Assembly (NCBI GenBank): GCA_963702845.1
Contig: OY969763.1
Span: 2,976,001-3,040,000, forward strand
Length of the DNA: 64,000 bases
From: an uncultured Verrucomicrobiae bacterium
GTDB taxonomy: Bacteria; Verrucomicrobiota; Verrucomicrobiia; Limisphaerales; Palsa-1400
Direction: 5' to 3'
A program made the translations under genes and the position numbers. The stretch's first letter is position 1. Each line of letters opens with the position of its first letter. Under the pieces are notes generated by a model, which saw only the letters and a program-made list of their open reading frames with translations, made no database searches and was not told the origin of the DNA. Positions 42,400 to 51,996 of this stretch are shown piece after piece.

Positions 42400-42436
42400 A
42401 AAAAGCCGCTCACATTTGTGAGCGGCTTTCGTTTTT
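42400..42436 (-). terminator. pnp terminator
   Basis: aaagccgctcac/gtgagcggcttt stem with + strand A run. Confidence 0.85.
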
Positions 42437-42451
42437 AAGCTGTTAAAAAGC

Positions 42452-44587
42452 TTAGGCTTTTGCGGCCATTTCTTTTTCTTTGTCTTCCATCGCGGCTTTG
42501 CGCGAGAGGCGGACGCGACCTTTTTCGTCGACGCCGAGGCATTTGACCCATATTTCATCGCCCATCTTGACGATGTCTTCGGTCGATTTCACGCGGAAGT
42601 TAGCGAGTTCGCTGATGTGGACGAGGCCGTCTTTTCCGGGGAGGAATTCGACGAAGCAGCCGAATTCTTTAATGGTGACGACTTTGCCGCGGTAGATCTT
42701 GTTGATTTCGGCTTCGGCGGTCATGCCTTCGATCTCAGCGCGGGCGACTTTCATGCCTTCTTCAGACACGGAGTAGATGTTGACTGTGCCATCGTCGTCG
42801 ATGTTGATTTCGCAACCGGACTCTTCAACGATGCGCTTGATGTTCTTGCCGCCAGGCCCGATCAATGCACCGATCTTCTCGGGGTTGATCTTCACTTGAA
42901 CAATACGCGGTGCGTATTTGCTCATCTCGGTACGATGCGTGCCAAGGGTTTCGGCCATCTTGGCCAGAATTTTGATACGAGCGTCACGAGCCTTTTCGAG
43001 GGTGACTGCCATGATGCTGTGCGGCAGGCCGCGGAGCTTCAGGTCGAGTTGAAAACCGGTGATGCCCTTTTCGGTGCCGGCGATTTTGCAATCCATGTCG
43101 CAGAAACCGTCTTCCCAACCGATAATATCCATCAACAGTTTGTGAGCGGAAATTTTGTCTTTGTCATCGTGCTCGGTGCAGATGCCGACGCTGATGCCAG
43201 CAACGGGGCGGATCATCGGAACGCCAGCGTCCATCAACGCCAATGTGCCGGCGCAAACGGAAGCCATCGAACTGGAACCGTTGGATTCCATGATCTCGCT
43301 GGTGACGCGGATTGCGTAAGGATAGGTATCGAGCGGTAGCATGGGCTCAATCGAGCGTTCGGCCAAAGCGCCGTGGCCGATTTCGCGACGGCCAGGACCG
43401 CTGATACGGCCAGTTTCACCAACGGAGTAGTTGGGGAAATTGTAATGCAGCATGAACTTCTTGGAAGTGTCGCCGCCGGTGTAAGAATCAAATTCCTGAG
43501 CGTCTTCGGTCGTGCCGAGGGTCGCAACGGCGAGCGCCTGGGTTTCACCGCGTGAGAAGACGGCTGAACCGTGAGCGCGGGGCAGCAATCCAACTTCGCT
43601 CCAGATCGCGCGAACGTCGTCAAAGCCGCGTCCATCAAGGCGCTTGTCCTGCTTCATGACGAGATTACGAACCGCTTCTTTTTGGATGTAGTAGAACGCT
43701 TCCTTGAGCACGTTCGGCGTTACTTTGTCTTCGCCGAACTTTTCCACGAGCTTCTTGGCTACGTCGTCGGTGACGGCGCGGACATTGGCTTCGCGTTCCA
43801 GTTTCTTCTGGGTCAGCAACGCGGGAATCATGCGTTCGCCGGCGAGTGCCTTCGCTTCTTTCAAAATATCTTCGGGCACCGGCGTCAGGACGATGTTGCG
43901 CTTTGCTTTGCCAGCTTTCGCAGCCAACTCGCGTTGGGCCTTGATGAGCGGGACGCACATTTCCTGGCCGAACTTAAGTGCTGCCATGAAATCGGCTTCG
44001 CTGATTTCTTTGGCGGCGCCTTCGAACATGACGACGTCGTTATCATTGCCGACGTAAATCAAATCCAAGTCGCTTTCGGCTTGTTGGGAATGGGTCGGGT
44101 TGGCGACGAACTGGCCGTTGACGCGGCCGATGCGCAACGCACCGAGCGGGCCGTCCCACGGGATGTCGCTGACAGACAGCGCCGCGGAAGCGCCGATGAT
44201 GCTGAGAATGTCGGAATCGTTTTCGCCGTCGGCGCTGAGCAGGATGCTTTGCACTTGGACTTCGTTGAACCAGCCCTTCGGGAAGAGCGGGCGGATCGGG
44301 CGGTCGGTGAGACGGCTGGTGAGGATTTCTTTTTCCGTCGGGCGACCTTCGCGCTTGAAGTAGCCGCCAGGGAACTTGCCTGCGGCGGCCGCTTTTTCGC
44401 GGTAATCAACCGTGAGCGGGAAGAAGTCCTGACCGGGCTTCGCATTGATCGCAGCGACAGCGGCGACCAGAACGATTGTTTCGCCGAGCTGAACGGTGAC
44501 TGAGCCGTCGGCTTGTTTGGCGAGTTTGCCGGTTTCGATATGAATCTGATTAGCCCCGAGCTGGGCTGTAACTTTTTGTGCTACCAT
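42452..44587 (-). CDS. pnp: Polyribonucleotide nucleotidyltransferase (PNPase)
   Basis: [26 protein letters not shown] and S1 domains. Confidence 0.97.
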   Translation of the reverse strand: MVAQKVTAQLGANQIHIETGKLAKQADGSVTVQLGETIVLVAAVAAINAKPGQDFFPLTVDYREKAAAAGKFPGGYFKREGRPTEKEILTSRLTDRPIRPLFPKGWFNEVQVQSILLSADGENDSDILSIIGASAALSVSDIPWDGPLGALRIGRVNGQFVANPTHSQQAESDLDLIYVGNDNDVVMFEGAAKEISEADFMAALKFGQEMCVPLIKAQRELAAKAGKAKRNIVLTPVPEDILKEAKALAGERMIPALLTQKKLEREANVRAVTDDVAKKLVEKFGEDKVTPNVLKEAFYYIQKEAVRNLVMKQDKRLDGRGFDDVRAIWSEVGLLPRAHGSAVFSRGETQALAVATLGTTEDAQEFDSYTGGDTSKKFMLHYNFPNYSVGETGRISGPGRREIGHGALAERSIEPMLPLDTYPYAIRVTSEIMESNGSSSMASVCAGTLALMDAGVPMIRPVAGISVGICTEHDDKDKISAHKLLMDIIGWEDGFCDMDCKIAGTEKGITGFQLDLKLRGLPHSIMAVTLEKARDARIKILAKMAETLGTHRTEMSKYAPRIVQVKINPEKIGALIGPGGKNIKRIVEESGCEINIDDDGTVNIYSVSEEGMKVARAEIEGMTAEAEINKIYRGKVVTIKEFGCFVEFLPGKDGLVHISELANFRVKSTEDIVKMGDEIWVKCLGVDEKGRVRLSRKAAMEDKEKEMAAKA

Positions 44588-44607
44588 AAGTAATGAGTGT
44601 CCGTTGA

Positions 44608-44765
44608 ACCCGCTGTGCCCGGGAAATTTGAGAATTAAGAAGTAAGAATTAAAAGTTAAGAAGTATTTCCCTTTGACCCGGACGATGCAGTGGGATCGTC
44701 CCTACCTTCGTTAACCCTTAATTCTTAATTCTACCTTTTCTCTGAATTACCCAAGACCAGCGGGT
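44608..44765 (-). promoter_or_regulatory. Long hairpin in pnp 5' leader
   Basis: acccgctg...cagcgggt closing stem; heptamer arms; several G-U pairs possible only on the minus (mRNA) strand. Confidence 0.7.
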
Positions 44766-44876
44766 CTTGTTTCTATTTGCGCGACTTGACGTTGAACATT
44801 AGACCACTCGCGCGGATGGCCCAACGAAATTTCTAAACGGGAAGGACCTGTTACGCAAGTCCTAGTATCAACTGCG

Positions 44877-44907
44877 AAAAAGCCGCCTTCTTTCGTCGGG
44901 CGGCTTT
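44877..44907 (-). terminator. rpsO terminator
   Basis: aaagccgcc/ggcggcttt stem. Confidence 0.75.
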
Positions 44908-44911
44908 ATGA

Positions 44912-45166
44912 TTAATGGCGCAGTTTCAGTTTTTTCGTAATCGCCTGATAACGAGAGACGTCGGTCGTGCTCAAATAATCGAGCAAACGGCGGCGTTGAC
45001 CAACCATCATAAGGAGACCGCGGCGTGAGCTGTGGTCTTTGACGTTACCTTGCAGGTGCGTCGTGAGGTGATTGATACGCTCGGTCAAAAGGGCGATTTG
45101 CACGTCAGCGGAACCAGTGTCACGCTCGTGAGTTCGAAATCCTTCAATAGTCTTACCTTTTTCCAT
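44912..45166 (-). CDS. rpsO: 30S ribosomal protein S15
   Basis: [18 protein letters not shown]....KDHSSRRGL. Confidence 0.97.
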   Translation of the reverse strand: MEKGKTIEGFRTHERDTGSADVQIALLTERINHLTTHLQGNVKDHSSRRGLLMMVGQRRRLLDYLSTTDVSRYQAITKKLKLRH

Positions 45167-45558
45167 AATTCTTTGTGTCTCGAAACGAGAAGCAAACTAA
45201 CAAAATTGAGCGGGGAACATATCTGCAACGCCGGACCGTGTAAAGGGGGAATTCAGGTGTTTTCTGGGCAGGAGCATTGGGCGAACCACCACGGCATCAA
45301 GAAACCAAGACCGAAATGGTCGCAAAAAGGCACCAAAAATGTCGCGGGAATGTTGCTACTAGTTGCTACAATTAGCTACTAGTCGCAACTGGTAGCGACT
45401 TTGGAATGTCTTGTTGCTACTTCGTCAGGGTTTGTTACAACTTTTGCAAGTTGTTGAATTGCAAATGGTCGACCAGTTCAGAAGTCAGTTTTCGGTTAAG
45501 AAATGGTCAAGTTTTTGGCGTGCGGCTTCAGGACGGGGCGCGCGGTTAAATTTCATCA

Positions 45559-45652
45559 TTTCAAAGAACGAACGGAGCTCGGGAACATAGCTCCAAATCT
45601 CCGGCGGCTTACTTAGCCACCTGCATTATGAATGTTAGTAACTACCTGTCAA
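45559..45652 (-). promoter_or_regulatory. Sigma70 promoter, two hairpins and boxA-like site
   Basis: TTGACA(45652)-N16-CATAAT(45630); GGAGCT..AGCTCC hairpin; CGTTCTTTGAAA at 45570-45559. Confidence 0.7.
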
Positions 45653-45797
45653 GTTGTGTAGTTTTAGGTCATTGCTAGCGAGATTTCACGGGCTCGTTTT
45701 GCTGGCTGGAATGCTCGCCGCTTCCAAATGATTCGCCCTCCCCGACAATTCCGGAACGACGCTGGCTTATGAATACTGTATCCGGTAGTTAAAGCTC

Positions 45798-46346
45798 ATG
45801 AAGACTACCTGGTCGCTGGCGATATTGTTTATTGCGGGAATTGTTAATGGAGCGGAACTGCGCGTTTCTTCCAAAGAACTGGTTGTCGTAGTTGCGCCAG
45901 ATGGATGGAAAGCAACGAAAGATAGACCACCGGTCGCTACGTTTCCGTTCGAGACGTTTCGAATTGAACCGTCCGGCAATCGCAATGAAATTTGCCTGGT
46001 CACAGTTTACGATAAGGAGAAGCCGGAATTTTCAAACGCGGCGTTTCTTAAAAAACTTCTTAAAGGGGATTGTCAGCCTTATGTGAGTTCGGCAGATGTA
46101 CTTGCCAAGTTGGACGTCAAGGAAATGAAGATTGAGGGAGGCCTGGGCTTTTATGCAAATTTCATTGATCCCGATCTCGTGGGGAAACCGATCCAGAAAG
46201 GAAGGTACAAAACCGCGACGCCGATCATTGTGAGTATCAACTCGAATTACCTGATTAAGATCACGATGATGTGTGACGAGATTGATGGGGCGGATTATCG
46301 GGATGCGATGACGATGGTTAAGAGCATCAAGGTGAAGAAGGAATGA
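45798..46346 (+). CDS. Secreted hypothetical protein
   Basis: Signal peptide; clean 182-aa ORF. Confidence 0.7.
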   Translation: MKTTWSLAILFIAGIVNGAELRVSSKELVVVVAPDGWKATKDRPPVATFPFETFRIEPSGNRNEICLVTVYDKEKPEFSNAAFLKKLLKGDCQPYVSSADVLAKLDVKEMKIEGGLGFYANFIDPDLVGKPIQKGRYKTATPIIVSINSNYLIKITMMCDEIDGADYRDAMTMVKSIKVKKE

Positions 46347-46427
46347 GCTGGACCTGCGGGAGACGATTCCAGTTTGAGTAATCAGACTTTTTCAGCAGCC
46401 CTTTTCGGCTTTCATCGCGAAGGGATG

Positions 46428-47942
46428 TTAATAATTCGCCGCCGATGTCCAGAGAACGGGCGCGTTGTTCGTAGCCTTGCGAATGATAATTCCGGTGCCT
46501 GCTCCGAACACCGCGTTCGCGCCTACGTTAGCCGTCCCAGCGCCGACCTTGCGCCATGCGCTGCCCCAATAATAGTAAACAGATGATGCGGATTTATTCC
46601 GGCTCGCGACGGTGTTGTCGTACGTCAGAAGTTCATCGGTTCGGCTGCCCGGCAACAGGCTGGCGCTGAATGCACCGCTCGAAATCAGGCCCGAGTCATC
46701 GAGAGAAATCGGCAATGGTCGCATCAGTCCAACGGGGTTGTCCTGCGTATCTGTCGCATCGGTCAGGAGGGAAAGACTTAGCTTCGACGTCACGACGGCT
46801 CCGAGGGTAGTCAGAAAGGTGTTGGTGCTGACATTGTGGCGAACGACGAAATACGAGTTGGGCGCCAACACTTCATCGTTGTAACTGGTGTTTCCCTGGC
46901 CGACTTGTTTCCAAACGCCGGCATTGAAGTAATAAACTTTGGTCGCGCTCAAATTCATACCTTGATTGCTGGTGGCGGGGATCAGCACTTCGGTATTGCG
47001 ATTGCCGACGGTTGGCGAAATGTTCACGCCGTCGCCGTTCGGGAACACGGCTGCCAACGTCCAATAAGATTCGATCGAAATCGAATCGCCAGCGCCGGCC
47101 CCGGGGATGTTTGTGTCAGTTCCCAAATCCACACTGAACGAATTTGCGGTGTTGTTGGTGATGCGATAGAGGCGACCTTCGGCGGCACCTGAAGTAAAAC
47201 GCGCGCAATAGGTATTCGATTGCGGGCCGCCGGCATAGACGAACTGGCTGGATGCCCAATTGGGTGAACCTCCCGCTGCAACCACGTTCGCGGATACCGA
47301 GGCAACAATTGCCGAGATTGCTCCAGGTCGAGCGAAGGGAAGCGAAACGAAATTATCGGAATTACCAAGCAGCGACAGATTCAGGAATCCGACAGGCGGG
47401 CTGGAAGCGGTATCGGAATGCAATTGATAATAACGTTGCGTTACGCCGGTTTTATCAGAGAGCGATAACGAATTTGATTGCGCCACAAAGCTGCCGATCG
47501 TCGTCCATTGTGTGTCGAGCAGGTTGCTCTTGTATTGCCACGTGTAGCTCACACCCGCATTGACCGTCCAGAGAATGCTGATGCTGCCGTCAATACTGGC
47601 CAACATACTTGAGACACTGACGTTGATCGGGACATTGGACACAACGGTGGTCACGAGATTTGTGCCAACCACATTGGAAAAATCGCTTTCGTTACCCTGG
47701 GCATCGTGTGCTGTGGCGCTAAAATAATAAAGGCCATCGGCGAGCGAAGGCGTGGTGAGGGTCAATGAAGCACCGGCATCGATTCGGTTGGTGTACTGCC
47801 CCGGAGCCGGGCCGTAGTATACCGCATAACCAGCAACGGACGGATCCGGGCTGGGGTCCCAGGCGAGATTTAAAGACCGGGACGCCCACGCGGTCGACGC
47901 TGCGAAAATGACAAAAACGAGAACGAACTTTTTGGAGGACAA
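46428..47942 (-). CDS. Fibronectin type III + TIGR02597-like secreted protein
   Basis: LAWDPSPD.SVAGY.VYYG...G.ESDFSN FN3; GNSDNFVSLPF.RP and YWTL..VFP.G, K.YYF motifs. Confidence 0.7.
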   Translation of the reverse strand: MSSKKFVLVFVIFAASTAWASRSLNLAWDPSPDPSVAGYAVYYGPAPGQYTNRIDAGASLTLTTPSLADGLYYFSATAHDAQGNESDFSNVVGTNLVTTVVSNVPINVSVSSMLASIDGSISILWTVNAGVSYTWQYKSNLLDTQWTTIGSFVAQSNSLSLSDKTGVTQRYYQLHSDTASSPPVGFLNLSLLGNSDNFVSLPFARPGAISAIVASVSANVVAAGGSPNWASSQFVYAGGPQSNTYCARFTSGAAEGRLYRITNNTANSFSVDLGTDTNIPGAGAGDSISIESYWTLAAVFPNGDGVNISPTVGNRNTEVLIPATSNQGMNLSATKVYYFNAGVWKQVGQGNTSYNDEVLAPNSYFVVRHNVSTNTFLTTLGAVVTSKLSLSLLTDATDTQDNPVGLMRPLPISLDDSGLISSGAFSASLLPGSRTDELLTYDNTVASRNKSASSVYYYWGSAWRKVGAGTANVGANAVFGAGTGIIIRKATNNAPVLWTSAANY

Positions 47943-48137
47943 GGGTTCTGGGACGATTAAGGATTAGGCAGTAGTAGTGAAAAAAGAATAGCAGAGATTA
48001 CGTCGCTTACAACAAAAACTCATTCGCATATAAAGGACACCCTCATCAATATACCGGTGTTTCCCCGACCGCAGGCAGGTCGGTTAGAACGTTATTTACA
48101 GCTTCCGCGCGGGGCGGATATATCCTAGGCTCGACGC

Positions 48138-48854
48138 ATGAGTCGAGTGCCAGGGTGGCTTTTCATTGCAGTTTGTGCGGTGTGCCTCGTGGGTTGTACT
48201 GAGACGTCGGAAGCGCCGAATGACGAGCAGAATCCACATTTTCAACGTGCGCACGAAATGATCAACGCACAGGATTTCAAAGGCGCGGTCGCGGAATTCG
48301 AAAAGGTGTTGGAGAAAAATCCACGGTCAGCGGCGACGCATTACGAACTTGGTTGGATTTGTGAGAACGACAAGATTCGCGATTATGCCGCGGCGATCTA
48401 TCATTACCGAAAGCACATCGAATTAAAACCGGACTCCGAGCGGGCTGCGCAAATCCATGAACGCATCGGCGCGTGCAGGCGCGAGTTGGCGAACGGCGAG
48501 TATCCCCTGCCGACTTCACAAAATTTGCAAAAGGAAGCGGATCGGCTTAATGCCGAGAATCTGATGTTAAAGCAGCAACTGGATACGTTACGGGGCCAGC
48601 TTGCGATGGCTCAATTGGCGCTGACAAATCAGGCGATAGCGGTCGCGAACGCGCGGGTCGGCACAACCAGCGCGACGCGGGATCCGATTGCGCAACTGAA
48701 GGTGCCGCACAGTTATCAAATCCAATCTGGAGACACGATCAGCGGGATTGCTTCGCGGTTTAAGTTGAAAATTTCGGCGGTGCTCACGGCGAATCCGAAG
48801 GTTCGACCGGAGAGACTGCGCGTGGGACAGAACATTAATTTGCCGGTACAATAA
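48138..48854 (+). CDS. TPR + coiled coil + LysM lipoprotein
   Basis: Lipobox LVGC; TPR; YQIQSGDT.S.IA.RF...ANP....LRVGQ.I.LP. Confidence 0.9.
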   Translation: MSRVPGWLFIAVCAVCLVGCTETSEAPNDEQNPHFQRAHEMINAQDFKGAVAEFEKVLEKNPRSAATHYELGWICENDKIRDYAAAIYHYRKHIELKPDSERAAQIHERIGACRRELANGEYPLPTSQNLQKEADRLNAENLMLKQQLDTLRGQLAMAQLALTNQAIAVANARVGTTSATRDPIAQLKVPHSYQIQSGDTISGIASRFKLKISAVLTANPKVRPERLRVGQNINLPVQ

Positions 48855-48897
48855 TGACACATTGGCGTCCTGCTCGAGCGGGACGGAACTACGAACG

Positions 48898-49710
48898 ATG
48901 TTTTCGCGTATTACATTTGTGTTCCTCCTCGCCTTTTGGCTGGGGATGAACTTCCTGTTGTGGCGGTCGCAGACAGATGGCCATCAGCCGATGGGTAATA
49001 AAGTGCCGGTGGAAGTGGTTTGGAAAAAGATTTTGACGGCGCCCGACAATTCCTCTCTGGAAATTCTGCATTACAACGAGCGAATCGGGTTTTGCACGTG
49101 GTCCGCAACCATCGGCGAAGCGCCACGGATCGGCAACGGCCCGCAATCAGACGAGTATTTGCCGGAAGAATTAACCACGCAGGTGACGGGTTACACGCTG
49201 GGTTTGGAAGGTCGCGCGGCACTGAACTCGAACAGCGTGATGCATGTTGATTTTCTGGTGAAGCTTTCGACGAATCAGGATTGGCAGGAATTTCACGGTC
49301 GCGCCAACCTGCGTCCAAACACGTGGGACCTTTCAGCCAATGCAGCGCAACAGCGGATAAAACTTCAGGTCACTGATGACTCCGGGGTGTGGCAACGCGT
49401 GTTGAAATTTTCTGACCTGCGCGATCCCGAAGCGCTGGTGCAAAAGCTGGGCGGCGATTTGGACATCGGCATGCTGGGCGTGTTGATACCGGGCGGGCAA
49501 AATGGGCTGGTGGCGGCCGCCCACGCGCTGAAGTGGAAGGCTTACGCGGATACGATGCAGTTCGGACATTCGCGGGTTGGTGTGTATCGACTCGAAACAA
49601 ATGTTTTTGGGCGCAAGATATTTATATTCGTCAGCAAGGTTGGAGAAATCCTGTGGGTGGAGTTGCCGGACAAGATTGTGTTGCGGAATGAGGCGTTTGG
49701 ACATTTTTAG
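48898..49710 (+). CDS. Hypothetical membrane-anchored protein
   Basis: N-terminal TM; long clean ORF. Confidence 0.7.
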   Translation: MFSRITFVFLLAFWLGMNFLLWRSQTDGHQPMGNKVPVEVVWKKILTAPDNSSLEILHYNERIGFCTWSATIGEAPRIGNGPQSDEYLPEELTTQVTGYTLGLEGRAALNSNSVMHVDFLVKLSTNQDWQEFHGRANLRPNTWDLSANAAQQRIKLQVTDDSGVWQRVLKFSDLRDPEALVQKLGGDLDIGMLGVLIPGGQNGLVAAAHALKWKAYADTMQFGHSRVGVYRLETNVFGRKIFIFVSKVGEILWVELPDKIVLRNEAFGHF

Positions 49711-49785
49711 GTGCGCGGAGTTCAGCCCACTTCTCGCGAGGAACGCCTCGAGGATTTCGAATCGGTTTTCAGTGATTACGCTGCT

Positions 49786-49807
49786 GCGGACTAAAAGTCC
49801 GCACTCC
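49786..49807. repeat. REP-like palindrome
   Basis: gcggact-aaa-agtccgc-actcc; same actcc foot as 12577-12604. Confidence 0.55.
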
Positions 49808-49867
49808 GGGGAGCTTCGGCATACGTTTCTTGCCGCGACATCATAATTGGTGCAGCTTAGGCGTCGC

Positions 49868-51802
49868 ATGATTTATCGCTTTGCAACGCTTGGGCTGGCG
49901 CTGGTTTTAACGTTGTCGGCTCGCGCGGTGACGTTGCCGCCAGAAAAGCTGCTCCCGAAGGACACGGTGTTTGTTCTCACCGCACCAGACGCGCCGAAAG
50001 CGTGGTCGACCATGACGAACAGTCCTTACGGCAAGATGTGGGCAGACCCGGCGGTGAAAGCGTTCAAGGATAAGTTCATTTCGAATTTTCAAACGGAAGT
50101 GCTTGCGCCGATCGAACGTGAGTTTGGTTTCAAGTTCGATGATTACGCGGGAATCGCGCGCGGACAATTCACCATTGCCGTGATTCAAAATCCGGCGGCG
50201 ACCAAGCCCGAGGACCGTTATGCGCGCTTGCTGATCGTCGATGCGAAGGACCTGGCCGGAAAACTCCGGACCAACCTTGTCGAAGTGAAGAAGAAGTGGG
50301 TGGATTCCGGAAAGGCCAATCGCACTGAAAAAATTCGTGATCTCGATTTCACTACTCTGATCACCACCACGAAAGAGCTATCAAATTCGTGGGCGAAAAT
50401 TTTTCCACCTAAACAAAAAGCGCAGCCCGCACCTGGCCCTGACGACGACGATGCGCCGAAACCTGAAAACAGGAAAATTGAAATAACCTTCGGCCAAGCG
50501 GACTCGCTTTTGCTGATCAGCGATTCGAAAGCGGCGGTCGAGAAAGTTTTGGGACGGCAATCTGGCGGGATGATTGGCGCACTCGAGGAGTCGCCTGCCT
50601 TCCAGGCCGATTACGCGGCGCGCCTGCGCAACAGTTCGTTTTACGCGTGGTTGAACATTAAAGCTGTCGTCGATGAGTTCATGAAGGAGTTCACGGCGCA
50701 AAAGGAACAAACGAAATTAGGTGCACTGTTTGATCCGACAAAGGTGGCGTCTGCGCTTGGCGTCAACGGATTGACGACTGCGACGTTCACCTGGAGGGAA
50801 GCGCCAGAAGGTATGCTGACGCAGGTTTATGTCGGCGCGCCCGAGTCGGCGCGGAAAGGTTTGTTGAAGGTTTTTGCGGCTGAACCAAAGGACTCCACTC
50901 CTCCTTCGTTCGTCCCGGCTGATGCGACGAAGTTTAATCGGTGGCGTCTGAATTTGTCGCAGAGTTGGACGACGCTGGAGAAAACGCTTGCGGACATCAG
51001 CCCGAGCTACGGCGGGCTGATCAACTTTGTTTTGGAAAGCGCCGGCAAAGATAAAGATGAGAAGTACAACTTTAAATCGGAATTGCTCAGCAGCCTTGGT
51101 GATGACGTTGTCGGTTATGAAAAATCGGCGGCGGCGAATGCTCCACTCTCTGATGATTCGGCGCCTTCGGTGTTTTTGCTGGGCTCGCCAAACCCGGATA
51201 AGCTGGTCGCCACGTTGAAGATCGGAATGGGCGCGCTGGCTCCGGGCGGAGCGCCGATCAAGGAGCGTGAGTTTCTTGGACGAAAGATTTACTCGTTTAC
51301 GCCTCCGGCGAATCCGAGTGTGAAGGACGCGTCGAAAGGCCTGACGTTTGCGGCTGCCAACGGATACGTCGCGCTTTCATCTGATCCGGACCTGGTTCAG
51401 GACTACCTGCGCGGCGCCGAAAACAAACCGAAGCCGCTGATAGAAACACCGGGACTGGCTGATGCGGCGCAAAAGGTCGGCGGTATGGGCACGGGGCTGT
51501 TTGGTTATAGCAATTCCGCGGAGCATATGCATCGGCTGATTGATCAATTGCGCAAGGATCCGACGGCGGCGGCGGCTTTGTTCGCTGGCAATACGAGCAA
51601 TGGCGCGACGATGGGCCTGACCTCGAACATTGATGATCCAACTGAGCAGGCGAAGCGTTTTCAGCAGTTCGCGGATTTCAGTTTACTGCCGCAGTTTGAC
51701 GCGATTTCGAAGTATTTTTATTTCTCGGTTTATTCGGGAGCGTTCAACCAGGATGGGTTCACGATGAACTTTTTCGCACCGACGCCGCCGAAATTAAAAT
51801 AG
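49868..51802 (+). CDS. Secreted hypothetical protein (DUF3352-like)
   Basis: Signal peptide; EKLLPKDT and VPADA repeated-domain pattern. Confidence 0.65.
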   Translation: MIYRFATLGLALVLTLSARAVTLPPEKLLPKDTVFVLTAPDAPKAWSTMTNSPYGKMWADPAVKAFKDKFISNFQTEVLAPIEREFGFKFDDYAGIARGQFTIAVIQNPAATKPEDRYARLLIVDAKDLAGKLRTNLVEVKKKWVDSGKANRTEKIRDLDFTTLITTTKELSNSWAKIFPPKQKAQPAPGPDDDDAPKPENRKIEITFGQADSLLLISDSKAAVEKVLGRQSGGMIGALEESPAFQADYAARLRNSSFYAWLNIKAVVDEFMKEFTAQKEQTKLGALFDPTKVASALGVNGLTTATFTWREAPEGMLTQVYVGAPESARKGLLKVFAAEPKDSTPPSFVPADATKFNRWRLNLSQSWTTLEKTLADISPSYGGLINFVLESAGKDKDEKYNFKSELLSSLGDDVVGYEKSAAANAPLSDDSAPSVFLLGSPNPDKLVATLKIGMGALAPGGAPIKEREFLGRKIYSFTPPANPSVKDASKGLTFAAANGYVALSSDPDLVQDYLRGAENKPKPLIETPGLADAAQKVGGMGTGLFGYSNSAEHMHRLIDQLRKDPTAAAALFAGNTSNGATMGLTSNIDDPTEQAKRFQQFADFSLLPQFDAISKYFYFSVYSGAFNQDGFTMNFFAPTPPKLK

Positions 51803-51820
51803 TGAGCAGCCAAAATCCGC

Positions 51821-51849
51821 TTGCACGAGGGGCCAAGCATCTGTAAGTT
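51821..51849 (+). promoter_or_regulatory. Putative tRNA promoter
   Basis: TTGCAC-N17-TAAGTT upstream of the tRNA. Confidence 0.5.
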
Positions 51850-51864
51850 CCCCCGCTCGACTAT

Positions 51865-51940
51865 GGGTTGGTAGCTCAGTCGGTAGAGCAGTGCCCTTTT
51901 AAGGCATTGGTCGTGGGTTCGAGTCCCACCCAACCCACCA
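51865..51940 (+). tRNA. tRNA-Lys (anticodon TTT)
   Basis: Full cloverleaf: GGGTTGG/CCAACCC acceptor, GTGCC-CTTTTAA-GGCAT anticodon arm, GGTTCGAGT T-loop, encoded CCA. Confidence 0.97.
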
Positions 51941-51996
51941 CTTTGAAGGAAGAGGTAAGAGGTGACACAGTCAGTTCTTACTTCTTGAATTGTTTG

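Noticed and set aside
42617..44503. Long antisense ORFs opposite pnp (and similarly opposite ALDH, Gfo and PFOR)
   Set aside because: Shadow ORFs from codon bias of GC-rich genes; no motifs
44631..45422. CRISPR array from short repeats
   Set aside because: Repeats are 7-9 nt without unique 30-40 nt spacers; no cas genes
51868..51996. N-terminal extension of the MFS ORF
   Set aside because: It is translation through tRNA-Lys; the real start is likely 51997
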